64,000 bases of DNA from Ginglymostoma cirratum (taxonomy: Eukaryota). The notes below the pieces were generated by a model. That model was not told where the DNA came from, ran no database searches, and saw only the letters and a program-made list of their open reading frames with translations. This document shows, piece by piece, positions 15,401 to 27,400 of this stretch; positions within the stretch are counted from its first letter, which is position 1; each line of letters starts with the position of its first letter. Where the stretch lies: NCBI GenBank assembly GCA_024137785.1, contig JAHRHZ010000018.1, positions 32,343,307 to 32,407,306 on the forward strand. The letters are read 5' to 3'. Both the position numbers and the translations under genes were made by a program.

Positions 15401-18400
15401 CAACATTACAGTGTTATAGTGAGGGAGTGTTACATGCGTCGTCCTTTCAAAGAGAATTTAATACCAAGGCCCCAGTCTGGCCTTACAGATTTATTGTAGA
15501 GATCCCACAGCACAATTTGGGAACTAATATTTATCCCTAATTTTGGAAAGACGTTCCAAAGCGGAATTAGATTTTTTTGGTGCTGGAAAAATCAGGGTGG
15601 AGCTATTCACATGACTAGCTCCAATCGATAAATCTGTAGGTATAACTAATTAGCTGATTGTTTATGATGCATCTAATTTGATGTTACTTACAGGTCTTGC
15701 ATTTTTCTTTTTCAAGGAGCATGAAGCAGTTGCATGTCCAAATTATCCAATCCAATGTACGTACAATTGTGGTGAAAGTTTATTAAGAAGTGAGGTGAGC
15801 AATACTTAAGTAATAAAATTGCAATATTTGCATAAAGCTGAATTAATTAAGTGTCACTAATAATATTTGATTTTAAAAGTTTTAGTTTCCTTTTTCCCTA
15901 CCTGTCTCGGTCTATCTCATCAAAATATGCCAAGATGCGGGCTGAACCTTACCAGGAATTACCACATGTTATTTTTGTGAAGTTTCATGGAGAGTCTCTC
16001 TCACAATGTCTAGTGAGTTTTCTCATGCCAAGGTCCTAACTTCACCTCTTTAACGAGGTGACACGTGCCCCTTGTCCGATACCAGCCCAGTTCTCTGACT
16101 CACAGTAGGTGGAAGCACCCACCTGTTGATGGAATGTCCCAGAATCCCTGGTGCCAAAGCCATCGTAGAACCACAGCTGTGTACCTGGTCAAGCGTTGGC
16201 AGTCAGCTTGCCTTTCACAGACTATTTAGTGGGACATCACCCACAAACCAATGCTACTCATGGCAGATAGGTGGCACATCTGACACTTCCTTACACATAC
16301 AACTGCACATTCCTTCCCCTATTGCTGTTTAAACACCAGGGCAGACAAATTACAATTCCTTACCCACATCCCATTTTACAGTCCTGCTACTATTTCCCTA
16401 CTGTTCGACATATCTTATCAGTGTTCATGCAGGAAAGCATTCAGTCACTTCAAAACATTCACTTTCATTCAATAACACCAAAAATGAACAGAATTCAAAT
16501 AAAGAGAAATTGCATTTGCCTCTTGAAACAGAAATTGACTGTTTGTGTTGCCAGTGCTGACAATTTTACAGTAAATGAATGATCACTGTACCCAACTCAT
16601 CCAGTTCCAGCACATGTCAATTAAATCCTGTCTGGCTTGTAGTCCCCAAGCTGCTGTACTCTACCAGTGCTGCAGATAATGTTCCTCCTATTCTATAGTC
16701 TCACCTTCCTTCTCAGAAGACAGCTCTCCAAGCTCATTGGCCTCCGTCGCAACCCCTCTTTTCCTCCTTCGTTTGGGCAGAGCACAGCTTACTAGGATTG
16801 TGTAGTACATTCTGTCCAGAGGATACTGCCAGATACACCCAGACCAATCCAAGCAGCTTCTAGAGGCCTGTTGTCTGCTACACCTGGCTCTGGTTGAAGA
16901 ATGGGCTACAATGTAAGTGTGCTCCGCCTCAATCAGAGTGCTGCATCATGGAACCATCAATCATGGTTGAAAAAGACAGCCAAAGTTTGTCTTTCAAAAG
17001 CATTTGGCCCTTGAATCTCAGCAGGATCATGAGAATCTTCGGAGTACCTGGCACACAGTGCTATGAGTGGTACCAATGATCACAAATGTATGTTGATAAA
17101 ATGGCACTGTTTCCCATTAATGAACTCAGCCGTGTTAGAATATGGTCCTGTCAGTGCTATGTGTGTACAGTCTATCGTGCCCTGCACCTGGGGAAAGCCA
17201 GCTACTGCAGGGGATGCAGTACTGACCCTATCATGAGGAAATTAGATGAATCGGTGTGATCTGGCACAAATGGATCCACTGTTGTTTGTTATTTATATAA
17301 ATGATTTGGATGAGAATATTGGAGGCATTGGTTAGTAAGTTTGTGGATGACACCAAAATTGGTGGAATAGTGGACAGTGAAGAAAGTTATCTAAGAGTAC
17401 AACGGGATCTTGACCAACTGGGCCAGTGGGCCGAGGAATGGCAGATGGAATTTAATCTATATGAATGCGAGATGTTACATTTTGGTATAACACGCCAGGG
17501 CAGGACTGACACAGTTAATGGTAGGGCGCTGGGAGTGTTGTCGAACAGAGAGACATAGGGGTGCAGATACATAATCCCTTGAAAGTGGCGTCAGGGATAG
17601 ACAGGGTGGTGAAGAAGGTATTTGGAGTGTGTGGCTTCAGCGGTCAGAGCATTGAGTACAGGAGTTGGGACATCATGCTATGGCTGTAAGGGCATTGGTA
17701 AGGCCACATTTGGAGTAATGCGTACAATTCTGGTCACCCTGCCATTGGAAGGATGTTATTAAACTGAAAAAGGGGCAAAAAAGATTTACAAGGATGTTAC
17801 TGAAACTGAGAAGTTTAAGTTATAAGGAGAGGATGAATATGCTGGGACTATTTTCCCTGGAACATAGGAAGCTGAGGAGTAACCTTTTAGAGGTTTATAA
17901 AGTAATGGGAGGGGCATAGATAAGGTGTATAGCCAAGGCCTTTTCCCCAGGGTAGGGGAGTCTGAAACGAGAAGGCATAGATATAAGGTGAAAGGGGAAA
18001 AAGAAACCTTAGGGGTAGCTTTTCACAGAGGATGCTGCGTATATGGAATGAGCTGCCAGACAAAATGATAGAGGTGAGTATAATTACAACATTTAAAAGA
18101 CATTTGGACAGGTACGTGGATAGGAAGTGTTTAGAGGAATATGGGCCAAATTCAGGCAAATGGGACTAGTTCAGTTTTGGAAGCCAGGTTGTCATGGATA
18201 AGTTGGGCCAAAGGGTCTGTTTCTGTGCTGTATGCCTCTATGACTGTATGACTTGTGGACTGGATCAAACCGCATGTCATTTCAGTAGTTTGCAATGGGC
18301 AGAGTTTTGATTCTACTCAGCCAAACTATATTTGGAGAACTCAGAACATGTTGCCCACCATTAGATCTGATTCCACAATTGGACAACACTTCCCAAATAA

Positions 18401-21400
18401 TTCCAATTGTGCTAAAATTTACACCAAAAACCAATTTCAGAATACCAAGCTGGTTTTCAATGTGCCTGACCTATAGTCGCTTGCTGGAAGCTATATACAT
18501 TCATATGCAGGGCCCAATCCAAAGAGAACATCGCCATGTATTATGCCTTTTTCAATTAAACAAAGCTTGGTAGGCACTCATTGGGAAATATTTCCCCATT
18601 GCCATGGCCTGACCAACCAAAGTTGACTTGCCTGATTTTGAATTTAAACAAAATCTTGAAGGTTAACTGTTCCCTGGTTCATCCTCCATGCCAACACCTT
18701 GACCAAACAGAGTCCATTTGCCAACTCAGTGTACACTTCCCGCTGCCTTGGGAAAACAGTCAAAATAATCAAAGAGCCCTCCCACCCCGGTTATACTCTC
18801 TTCCACACACTTCCATCGGGCAGCAGATACAAAACATGTACCAACAGATTTAAGAACAACCTCTATCCCACTGTTATCAGATTTATGAATGGACCTCTCA
18901 ATGTGTTAGAGTTGATCTTTGTCTGCATCTTCTCTGTAGTAGTAACATTGTATTCTGCATTCTGTTCTGTTACCCTGATGTACTTACATAAAGCATGACT
19001 TGCCTGGTTAGCATGCAAAACAACACTTTTCACTGTATCTTGGTACATGTGACAATAATAAATCAAATCAAAACAAATTAGCACCCTCTTCTCATTCAGT
19101 GTAAATTATTGTTCCCTTGAAAAGTAGTATTCATGTAGTTACAGAGTCAAGAACATAGAACAGTTCAGCACAGGAACAGGCCCTTTGGCCCTCCAAGCCT
19201 GCGCCAACACATTTTGCCCTTCCACACTAAAACTGTCTTCTCTTACAGGATCTGTATCCCTCTACTTCCTTCCTGTTCTTGTATTCATCCAGGTGCTTTT
19301 TGAATGTTGCTATTGTGTCTGCTTCTGCCACCTCCTCTGGCAGCGTGTTCCAGGCACTCGCCATCCTTTGTGTGAAAGACTTGCCTCACGCATCTCTTTT
19401 AAATGACCCCCACTCTGCACCTTGAACCTGTATCCCCTAGTAATTGATCCCTCCACCCTGGGAAGAAACCTCATAGTTTCCCCCTCCATCCATGTCATTC
19501 ACAATCTTATAAATTTCTATCAGGTCACCCCTTAACCTCCTGCATTCTAGTGAAAACAAACCCAGTCTAGCCAAGCCCCATACCAGGCAACATCCTAGTA
19601 ATTCTTCAAGGACCGCAACTTCCCCCCTACAGTGGTCGAGAACGCCCTCGACCGTGTCTCCCGCATTTCCCGGAACACATCCCTCACGCCCCGTCCCCGC
19701 AACAATAATCAAAAAAGAATCCCCCTCGTCCTCACATACCACCCCACCAACCTCCGGATCCAACGCATCATCCTCCGACACTTCCGCCATCTACAGTCAG
19801 ACCCCACCACCAAAGACATCTTTCCCTCCCCACCCTTATCTGCCTTCCGGAGGGACCACTCCCTCCGCGACTCCCTTGTCCGCGCCACACTCCCCTCCAG
19901 CCCCACCACACCCGGCACTTTTCCTTGTAACCGCAGGAAGTGCTACACCTGCCCCCACACCTCCTCCCTCACCCCAATCCCAGGCCCCAAGAAGACATTC
20001 CACATCAGGCAGAGGTTCACCTGCACATCTGCCAATGTGGTATACTGCATCCGCTGTACCCNNNNNNNNNNNNNNNNNNNNNNNNNNNNNNNNNNNNNNN
20101 NNNNNNNNNNNNNNNNNNNNNNNNNNNNNNNNNNNNNNNNNNNNNNNNNNNNNNNNNNNNNNNNNNNNNNNNNNNNNNNNNNNNNNNNNNNNNNNNNNNN
20201 NNNNNNNNNNNNNNNNNNNNNNNNNNNNNNNNNNNNNNNNNNNNNNNNNNNNNNNNNNNNNNNNNNNNNNNNNNNNNNNNNNNNNNNNNNNNNNNNNNNN
20301 NNNNNNNNNNNNNNNNNNNNNNNNNNNNNNNNNNNNNNNNNNNNNNNNNNNNNNNNNNNNNNNNNNNNNNNNNNNNNNNNNNNNNNNNNNNNNNNNNNNN
20401 NNNNNNNNNNNNNNNNNNNNNNNNNNNNNNNNNNNNNNNNNNNNNNNNNNNNNNNNNNNNNAGCCGAACTCGTCCTCACCCTCAACAACTTTTCTTTCAA
20501 TTCCTCCCACTTCCTACAGACAAAGGGGGTGGCCATGGGTACCCGCATGGGCCCAAGCTATGCCTGCCTCTTTGTAGGTTATGTGGAACAATCCCTCTTC
20601 CGTACCTACACTGGCCCTAAACCCCACCTCTTCCTCCGTTACATTGATGACTGCATCGGCGCCGCCTCGTGCTCCCACGAGGAGCTCGAACAGTTCATCC
20701 ACTTCACCAACACCTTCCACCCCAACCTGAAGTTCACCTGGACCATCTCCAACACTTCTCTCTCCTTCCTGGACCTCTCTGTCTCCATCTCGGGCAACCA
20801 CCTAGAGACAGATGTCCATTTCAAGCCCACTGACTCCCACAGCTACCTGGAATACACCTCCTCCCACCCACCCTCCTGCAAAAATGCCATCCCCTATTCC
20901 CAATTCCTTCGCCTCCGCCGCATCTGTTCCCAGGATGAGACTTTCCAATCCCGCACATCTCAAATGTCCTCATTCTTCAAGGACCGCAACTTCCCCCCTA
21001 CAGTGGTCGAGAACGCCCTCGACCGTGTCTCCCGCATTTCCCGGAACACATCCCTCACGCCCCGTCCCCGCAACAATAATCAAAAAAGAATCCCCCTCGT
21101 CCTCACATACCACCCCACCAACCTCCGGATCCAACGCATCATCCTCCGACACTTCCGCCATCTACAGTCAGACCCCACCACCAAAGACATCTTTCCCTCC
21201 CCACCCTTATCTGCCTTCCGGAGGGACCACTCCCTCCGCGACTCCCTTGTCCGCGCCACACTCCCCTCCAGCCCCACCACACCCGGCACTTTTCCTTGTA
21301 ACCGCAGGAAGTGCTACACCTGCCCCCACACCTCCTCCCTCACCCCAATCCCAGGCCCCAAGAAGACATTCCACATCAGGCAGAGGTTCACCTGCACATC

Positions 21401-24400
21401 TGCCAATGTGGTATACTGCATCCGCTGTACCCGTTGTGGCTTCCTCTACATCGGGGAAACCAAGCGGAGGCTTGGGGACCGCTTTGCAGAACACCTGCGC
21501 TCAGTTCGCAACAAACAACTGCACCTCCCAGTCGCGAACCATTTCAACTCCCCCTCCCATTCCTCAGATGACATGTCCATCCTTGGCCTCCTNNNNNNNN
21601 NNNNNNNNNNNNNNNNNNNNNNNNNNNNNNNNNNNNNNNNNNNNNNNNNNNNNNNNNNNNNNNNNNNNNNNNNNNNNNNNNNNNNNNNNNNNTTGACCTG
21701 TCCGTCCTCCCTGGACTGACCTATCTCCTCCCTACCCCCCTACCTACACTCACCTTTACTGGCTCCATCCCCGCCTCTTCGACTTGTCTGCCTCCTCTCC
21801 ACCTATCCTCTCCTCTATCCATCCTCTATCCGCCTCCCCCTCTCTCCCTATTTATTTCAGAACCCTCTTCCCCTCCCCCATTTCTGATGAAGGGTTTAGG
21901 CCCGAAACGTCAAGTTTTCCTGCTCCTATGATGCTGCTTGACCTGCTGTGTTCATCCAGCCCCATGCTTGTTAACATCCTAGTAAACCTTTTTCTGTACC
22001 TTCTCAAAAGCATCCACATCCTTTTGGTAGCATGGCGACTAGAACTGTCTGCAATATTCCAAGTGTGGGCTAACTAAAGGTCTACAAAGCTGCAGAATAA
22101 CTGCCTATCCTTTTATACTCAATACCCCTTCCAGTGAAGGAAAGCATGCCATAAGCTTTTTTTACTACCTTATCTACCTGCTCTACCACCTTCAGCAACC
22201 CGTGGACCTGCATACCCAGATCCCTCTGCATATCAATATTCCTAAGGGTTCTGCCATTCACTGAATAATTTCCACCTGTACTTGACCTTTCAAAACACAT
22301 TACCTCGTTGAGGTTGATTGGCTCGCCGAGCTGGTTTGTTGTTCCGCAGACATTTCGTTACCGTGCTTGGTAACATCCTGAGTGCAGCCTCCGATGAAGC
22401 GTCGGTGTGTTTTCTCACCTGGTTTTTAGACTCTGGAATCCATTGAGCTGGATTGCTTCACTTCCAGTTTTCCTTCGTAGTGGAGTGCCAGGCTTCTAGG
22501 AATTCCCATGCCTGTCTCTGCTTAGCTTGTCCCAGGACTTTGGTGTTGTCCCAGTTGAATTGATGCTTCTCCTTATCCATGTGGATTGAGATGAGTGAAT
22601 ATTGGTTGTGTCTTTTTGTAGCCAGTTGGTGTTCGTGTACCGTTGTTGTCAATTTCCCTCCTGTTTGTCTGATGTAGTGTTTCTCACAGTCTCTGCAGGT
22701 GCTCTTATAGATGACATTGGTCCAGTCCATGGTGGGGGGGTGGGTCTTTAGTTCCGGTGAGCAGTTGTCGTAGGGTTGATGTGGGCTTGTGTGTCACTCT
22801 GATGCCCAGCAGTTGTAGGCGTCTTGTGGTGAGTTCCGATGAGTTCCTGATGTAGGGTGGTGTGATGAGTGTGTCGGGGCGTGTAGTATCTTCCTGATGT
22901 TGTTCATGTAGGCATCTTCTGACCCAGTTTTTTGGATATCCATTATCCTTTAAAACCTAGAAGAGGTATTCTTCTTCCTCTTGGCATAGTTCTGTGTTGC
23001 TGCAGTGTGTTGTTGCCTGTTTAAATAGTGTTCATATGCATTACCTCATATTTATAAAATTCATCTGTCATTTTTCTCCCCATGCCTCCAACTGACCTAT
23101 ATCCTGCTGTATCCTCTGACAATCCTCCTCACTATCTGCAACTTGGCCAATCTTTGTATCATTTGCAAACTTACTAATTAAACCAGCCATGTCTTCCTCC
23201 AAATCATTTATGTAGACCACGAACAGCAGAGATCCCAGCACTGATCCCTGTGGAACACCACTAGTCACAACCCTCCATTCTAAACAGTATCCTTCCACCA
23301 CTGCTTTCAGTCTCTTATGACTAAGCCAGTTCTGTATCCATCTTGCCGGCTCACCCCTGACACCGTGTAACTTCATCTTTTGTACCAGTCTGCCGTGAGG
23401 GACCTTGTCAAAGGCTTTACCGAACTCCATGTAGACAACATCAACCACTTCTCCCTTGTCAATCATCTTCGTCACCTCCTCAAAAAACTTAGAGTCACAG
23501 AGCACAGAAACAGACTCTTCGGTCTGCATCCACCATTTCCTTTGGCAGTTCATTCACATGTGAACCACCCTCTGTGGAAAAAATTGCCCCTCAGGTCCCT
23601 TTTAAGTCTTTTTCCTCTCACCTTAAAAAAAATTCCCCTGGTTTTGAACTCCCCCACCCTACAGAAAAGACCTTGGCTATTCACCTTATCCGTAACCCTC
23701 ATGATTTTTATAAACCTCTTTGAGGTCTCCCCTCAACGTCCTATGCTGCAATGAGAAAGGTCTTAGCCTATCCATAACTCAGGGAAAGGTAGGATGGATG
23801 GAGTGGGAATGACAGTTGGAGCAATAAGGCCAAACAAATTACCAAACGGCTATACAGAATAAATTTTAAAACAGCTTTCATGGATCATGTGTCACTGGTA
23901 ATATCCCTAATTGCTGTTAAACTGAAGGGCTTGCTAGGCCATATCAGAGGGTAGTGAGGAGTCATCCACATTGGTGTGGGTCTAATGTCATATATAGGTG
24001 TGATTGGTTAAGGACAGCAGATTTCCTTCCCTAAAGGATATTGGTGAACCAGGTGGATTTTTAGCCAGCAATGTCCAAATCCTGTTCTGTTCTGATGAGT
24101 GCAAGACAACAGGATTTGGCGGCATATCTCTTTTATCAGCAATAATACTATTTGCTTAATTTAAATTAAAGTGATACCCTGTGTTAGTATACTTTTATGT
24201 GGTACCAGGCATGCTTTATGAGCTTAATAGCAAAGAGAGTTAATGCAGAAACTAATTGTAGTATCCTTTCATCTCCCTGATTGGAAATGGCTAACACAGA
24301 TCATTGGTTAAACTTCTCTTTCTCTTACATATGGCTATGTACCAAAACAATGTCTTTCCAGTGAAATGTCTGATATCTCTTAACCTGTTTTCTTCTTCCA

Positions 24401-27400
24401 TTAAACAGACTAATAGGCCTATTGTCAGATGAACTAATAGCTGTGTGTGTGTAACTGAAAGAGATGGACTATAACTGTAATCTGTTATCATTTGAAGAGT
24501 ATTTCCTGTTTACAACGTGTGAATGGTGCCTCAGCATTTTGCTGTTGAATTACCTCGCAGACAAGAATCTCCACAAATGCTATTCAATTGTTAAATTGCT
24601 GCTTTGCCAAAGAATGAGAGAGAATTCAAACCTTATTTGAAACATAAGCATAAAGCTCCAGCGACATTATCCAAGTTCCAGGAATATATTTTCCAGTATA
24701 AACGTGAAATTGTTCCGTTTTTGTTTTTCTAATGGATGTTGAAATTATTATTAGTACACTTTATGGTTTTTAGTACTCAAATGCACTTCCTAACATCTAG
24801 AATGAGTAAAAGGAAGCTAATTCTTCTTATTCTTAAATTGTTTAATCGCGACTAATACAAGATCATCTCCATGAAACGTTATGTTGCACACTTAATCCCT
24901 GTTGACAATTGATAAATTTATTACTTGCATTCAGACGTATGTATAATAAAAAAGGTGTAGAGGAAGGAACATAATATTTAGAAGCAGTCACATCTTTAAA
25001 TAGGAGCATTATTAGGAAATTGCCCAAGTTTTGAAGATAAATACACATTCTTGCTGATAATGCAGTTGTTAGAAGTTTGCACCACTTTCTAAGGTGCACA
25101 TCAAGTTTTCTCTTTGTGCCTATTTCTCTTAACAGTTTACTTATAGGATCATAGAGCTGTACAGCACAGAAACAGGCTCTTCGGTCCAACTTGTCAATGT
25201 TGACCAGATATCATAAATCAATCTAATCCCATTTGCCAGCAGTTGGCCCATATCCCTCCAAACCCTTCCTGTTCATATACCCATCCAAATGCCTTTTAAA
25301 TGTTGTAATTGTACCAGCCTCCATCACTTCCTCTGGCACCTCATTCCATACACACACCACCATCAGTGTTAAAATGTTGCCCCTTAGGTCCCTTTTAAAT
25401 TTTTCCCATCTCACCTTAAACCTATGCCCTTTAGTTTTGGACTCCCCCACCCTCGGGAAATGACCTTGGCTATTCACCCTATTCACTCCCCTCATGGTTT
25501 AATAAACCTCTATAAGGTCACCCCTCAGCCTCCAAAGCTCCAGGAAAAATAAAGATAGCCCCAGACTATTCAGCCTCTCCCTATAGCTCAAACCCTGCAA
25601 CCCTGGCAGCATCCTTGTACCTCTTTTCTGAATCCTATAGCACGGAGACCAGAATTGAATGCAGTGCCCTAACCAATGTTGTGTACAGCCACAACATGAC
25701 CTCTGTAACACACTGCTTTTAGCTGGTTCTGCATTGAACAAATAAAATTTTAGATGCTAATCAAACCGCAATGGGTCTCACTTTTTTGGGCACTTTCATG
25801 GAAGCTTTCTCTCCATGAGCCCTAGAGAATTATCCTACACAATCCTCCTCAGCTCATTTCATTATGCATGTACCTCTGTGGTGTCGCGTTCACACTGTTG
25901 TACACTCAAGCATGGCAGAAATACTTTTCTAGGATTTGTGCTGCCTGTACCATATTTAAAAGCCAGAGTTGCATCTGGTCCATCACTGCCAGCCAGTGGG
26001 AAGGAAATAAAAATGAACAGCTTCTGAGGGCACATAGGTAGCATGGGTGACAGTGCATTATAAATATTAGCTCACATTCATAAATATGTTGTATCAGAGA
26101 TAATAGGAACTGCAGATGCTGGAGAATCCGAGATAACAAGGTGTGGAGCTGGATGAACACAGCAGGCCAAGCAGCATCATAGGAGCAGGAAAGCTTGATG
26201 TTTCGGGCCGTTTTCGAGCCATTTCTGATGAAGGGTCTAAGGCCCAAAACGTCAAGCTTTCCTGCTCCTATGATGCTGCTTGGCCTGCTGTGTTCATCCA
26301 GCTCCACACCTTGTTATTTCATAAACATGTTGCTATTTTACGTTATCATCTATCTGGCTGTCCTTGTACAGGAGTAAAGCTACATAGGCTACCCATCCTT
26401 AGCACCATACCATTTGTGAACCCTGTCTAAGGGAATGTTACTCTTTTCCCAATGCCCAGCATAGCATTATAACTTCTCATTGTTCAATGCGACAGCATCA
26501 CATGCTGGGAAACCTGTTGAAACTGTTCATTTTTATTGAACAACAGCAAAAGTCAATGGATGACTACTGCACCATACTCACATCTGTCGAAAGCTGGTGT
26601 CAGTTAAGTCTGATCTGGCTTGTTGCGCCCAACACTGCACCACTCTATCACGGAGAAGGTGATGTTCCTCCTGCACAATGTCCTCATCCTCCTCCTTGGG
26701 AGAAGGCTGCTGTGCTCTCAGCTGATCAGCATCCATGATACCCCCACATCGCTTGTTCCAATTGTGCAGAGCACAGCGTGCGAGGATAATGCAGCACATT
26801 TTGTCTGAACTGTACTAGAAGGCTCTGTTACACCGATCTAAGCATCAAAACCTCAGTTTCAGGAGGCCTAAAAGTCCTGGTGGAAAAATAGGCAGCATTG
26901 TATCTGCACTCAGTCTCAGTCGTGAGATTTGTGTGAGAGTCATTGCCACGGTTAAAGGAAGAGGATCAGATGCCTTCCACTGGTCACACCATTGAAAGGC
27001 ATCTGGTCCTCGAAACAAAGCAGAAATCTGACAGTTCTCAAAAAAATAAGCATCATGGCAACTTCCAGAGTCACTGGTACAGACTTCTAGGCTGTGAGGT
27101 GTCATCGCAAATGAATTATATGTTGATGGAATGGAATCCTGTCATGAAAACTGCTGCATAATGATATGGTGTTTTCAACATGGCCGGTGCACAGTCTCTA
27201 GTGCAGTGAACCTGGGGAAAACAGTCTGTGTTGCATATTGTACTGCTGAGGGTGTGGCACTGTCCTTGACATGGAGAAACAAAATAAAGCAGTGTGATCT
27301 GGCACACATTGCCTTGGCAACAGCCTTGAAACGCTTCTGGATTGAGGATTGAGGAACCCATATAGGTCCCTAATGGATCCTTGGAAGCAGTCAGTTGCAT

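Larger units (their letters stand above)
19140..23490 (-). mobile_element. CR1-type LINE (host of two PLE insertions)
   Basis: VDVVYMEFGKAFDKVPHGRL...SGVPQGSVLG.LLFVVYINDL...ISKFANDTKIG (23068-23490), continuing through 21973-22306 and 19140-19601 to the 3' tail. Confidence 0.88.

Noticed and set aside
15691-15716. Alternative upstream acceptor (ttacag) for TRAF5 coding exon 5
   Set aside because: It would add 23 nt and shift the frame; there is no evidence of use.
19632-21719. 695-aa ORF as a single protein
   Set aside because: It runs through two N gaps and contains the same segment twice; it is PLE sequence joined across placeholders.
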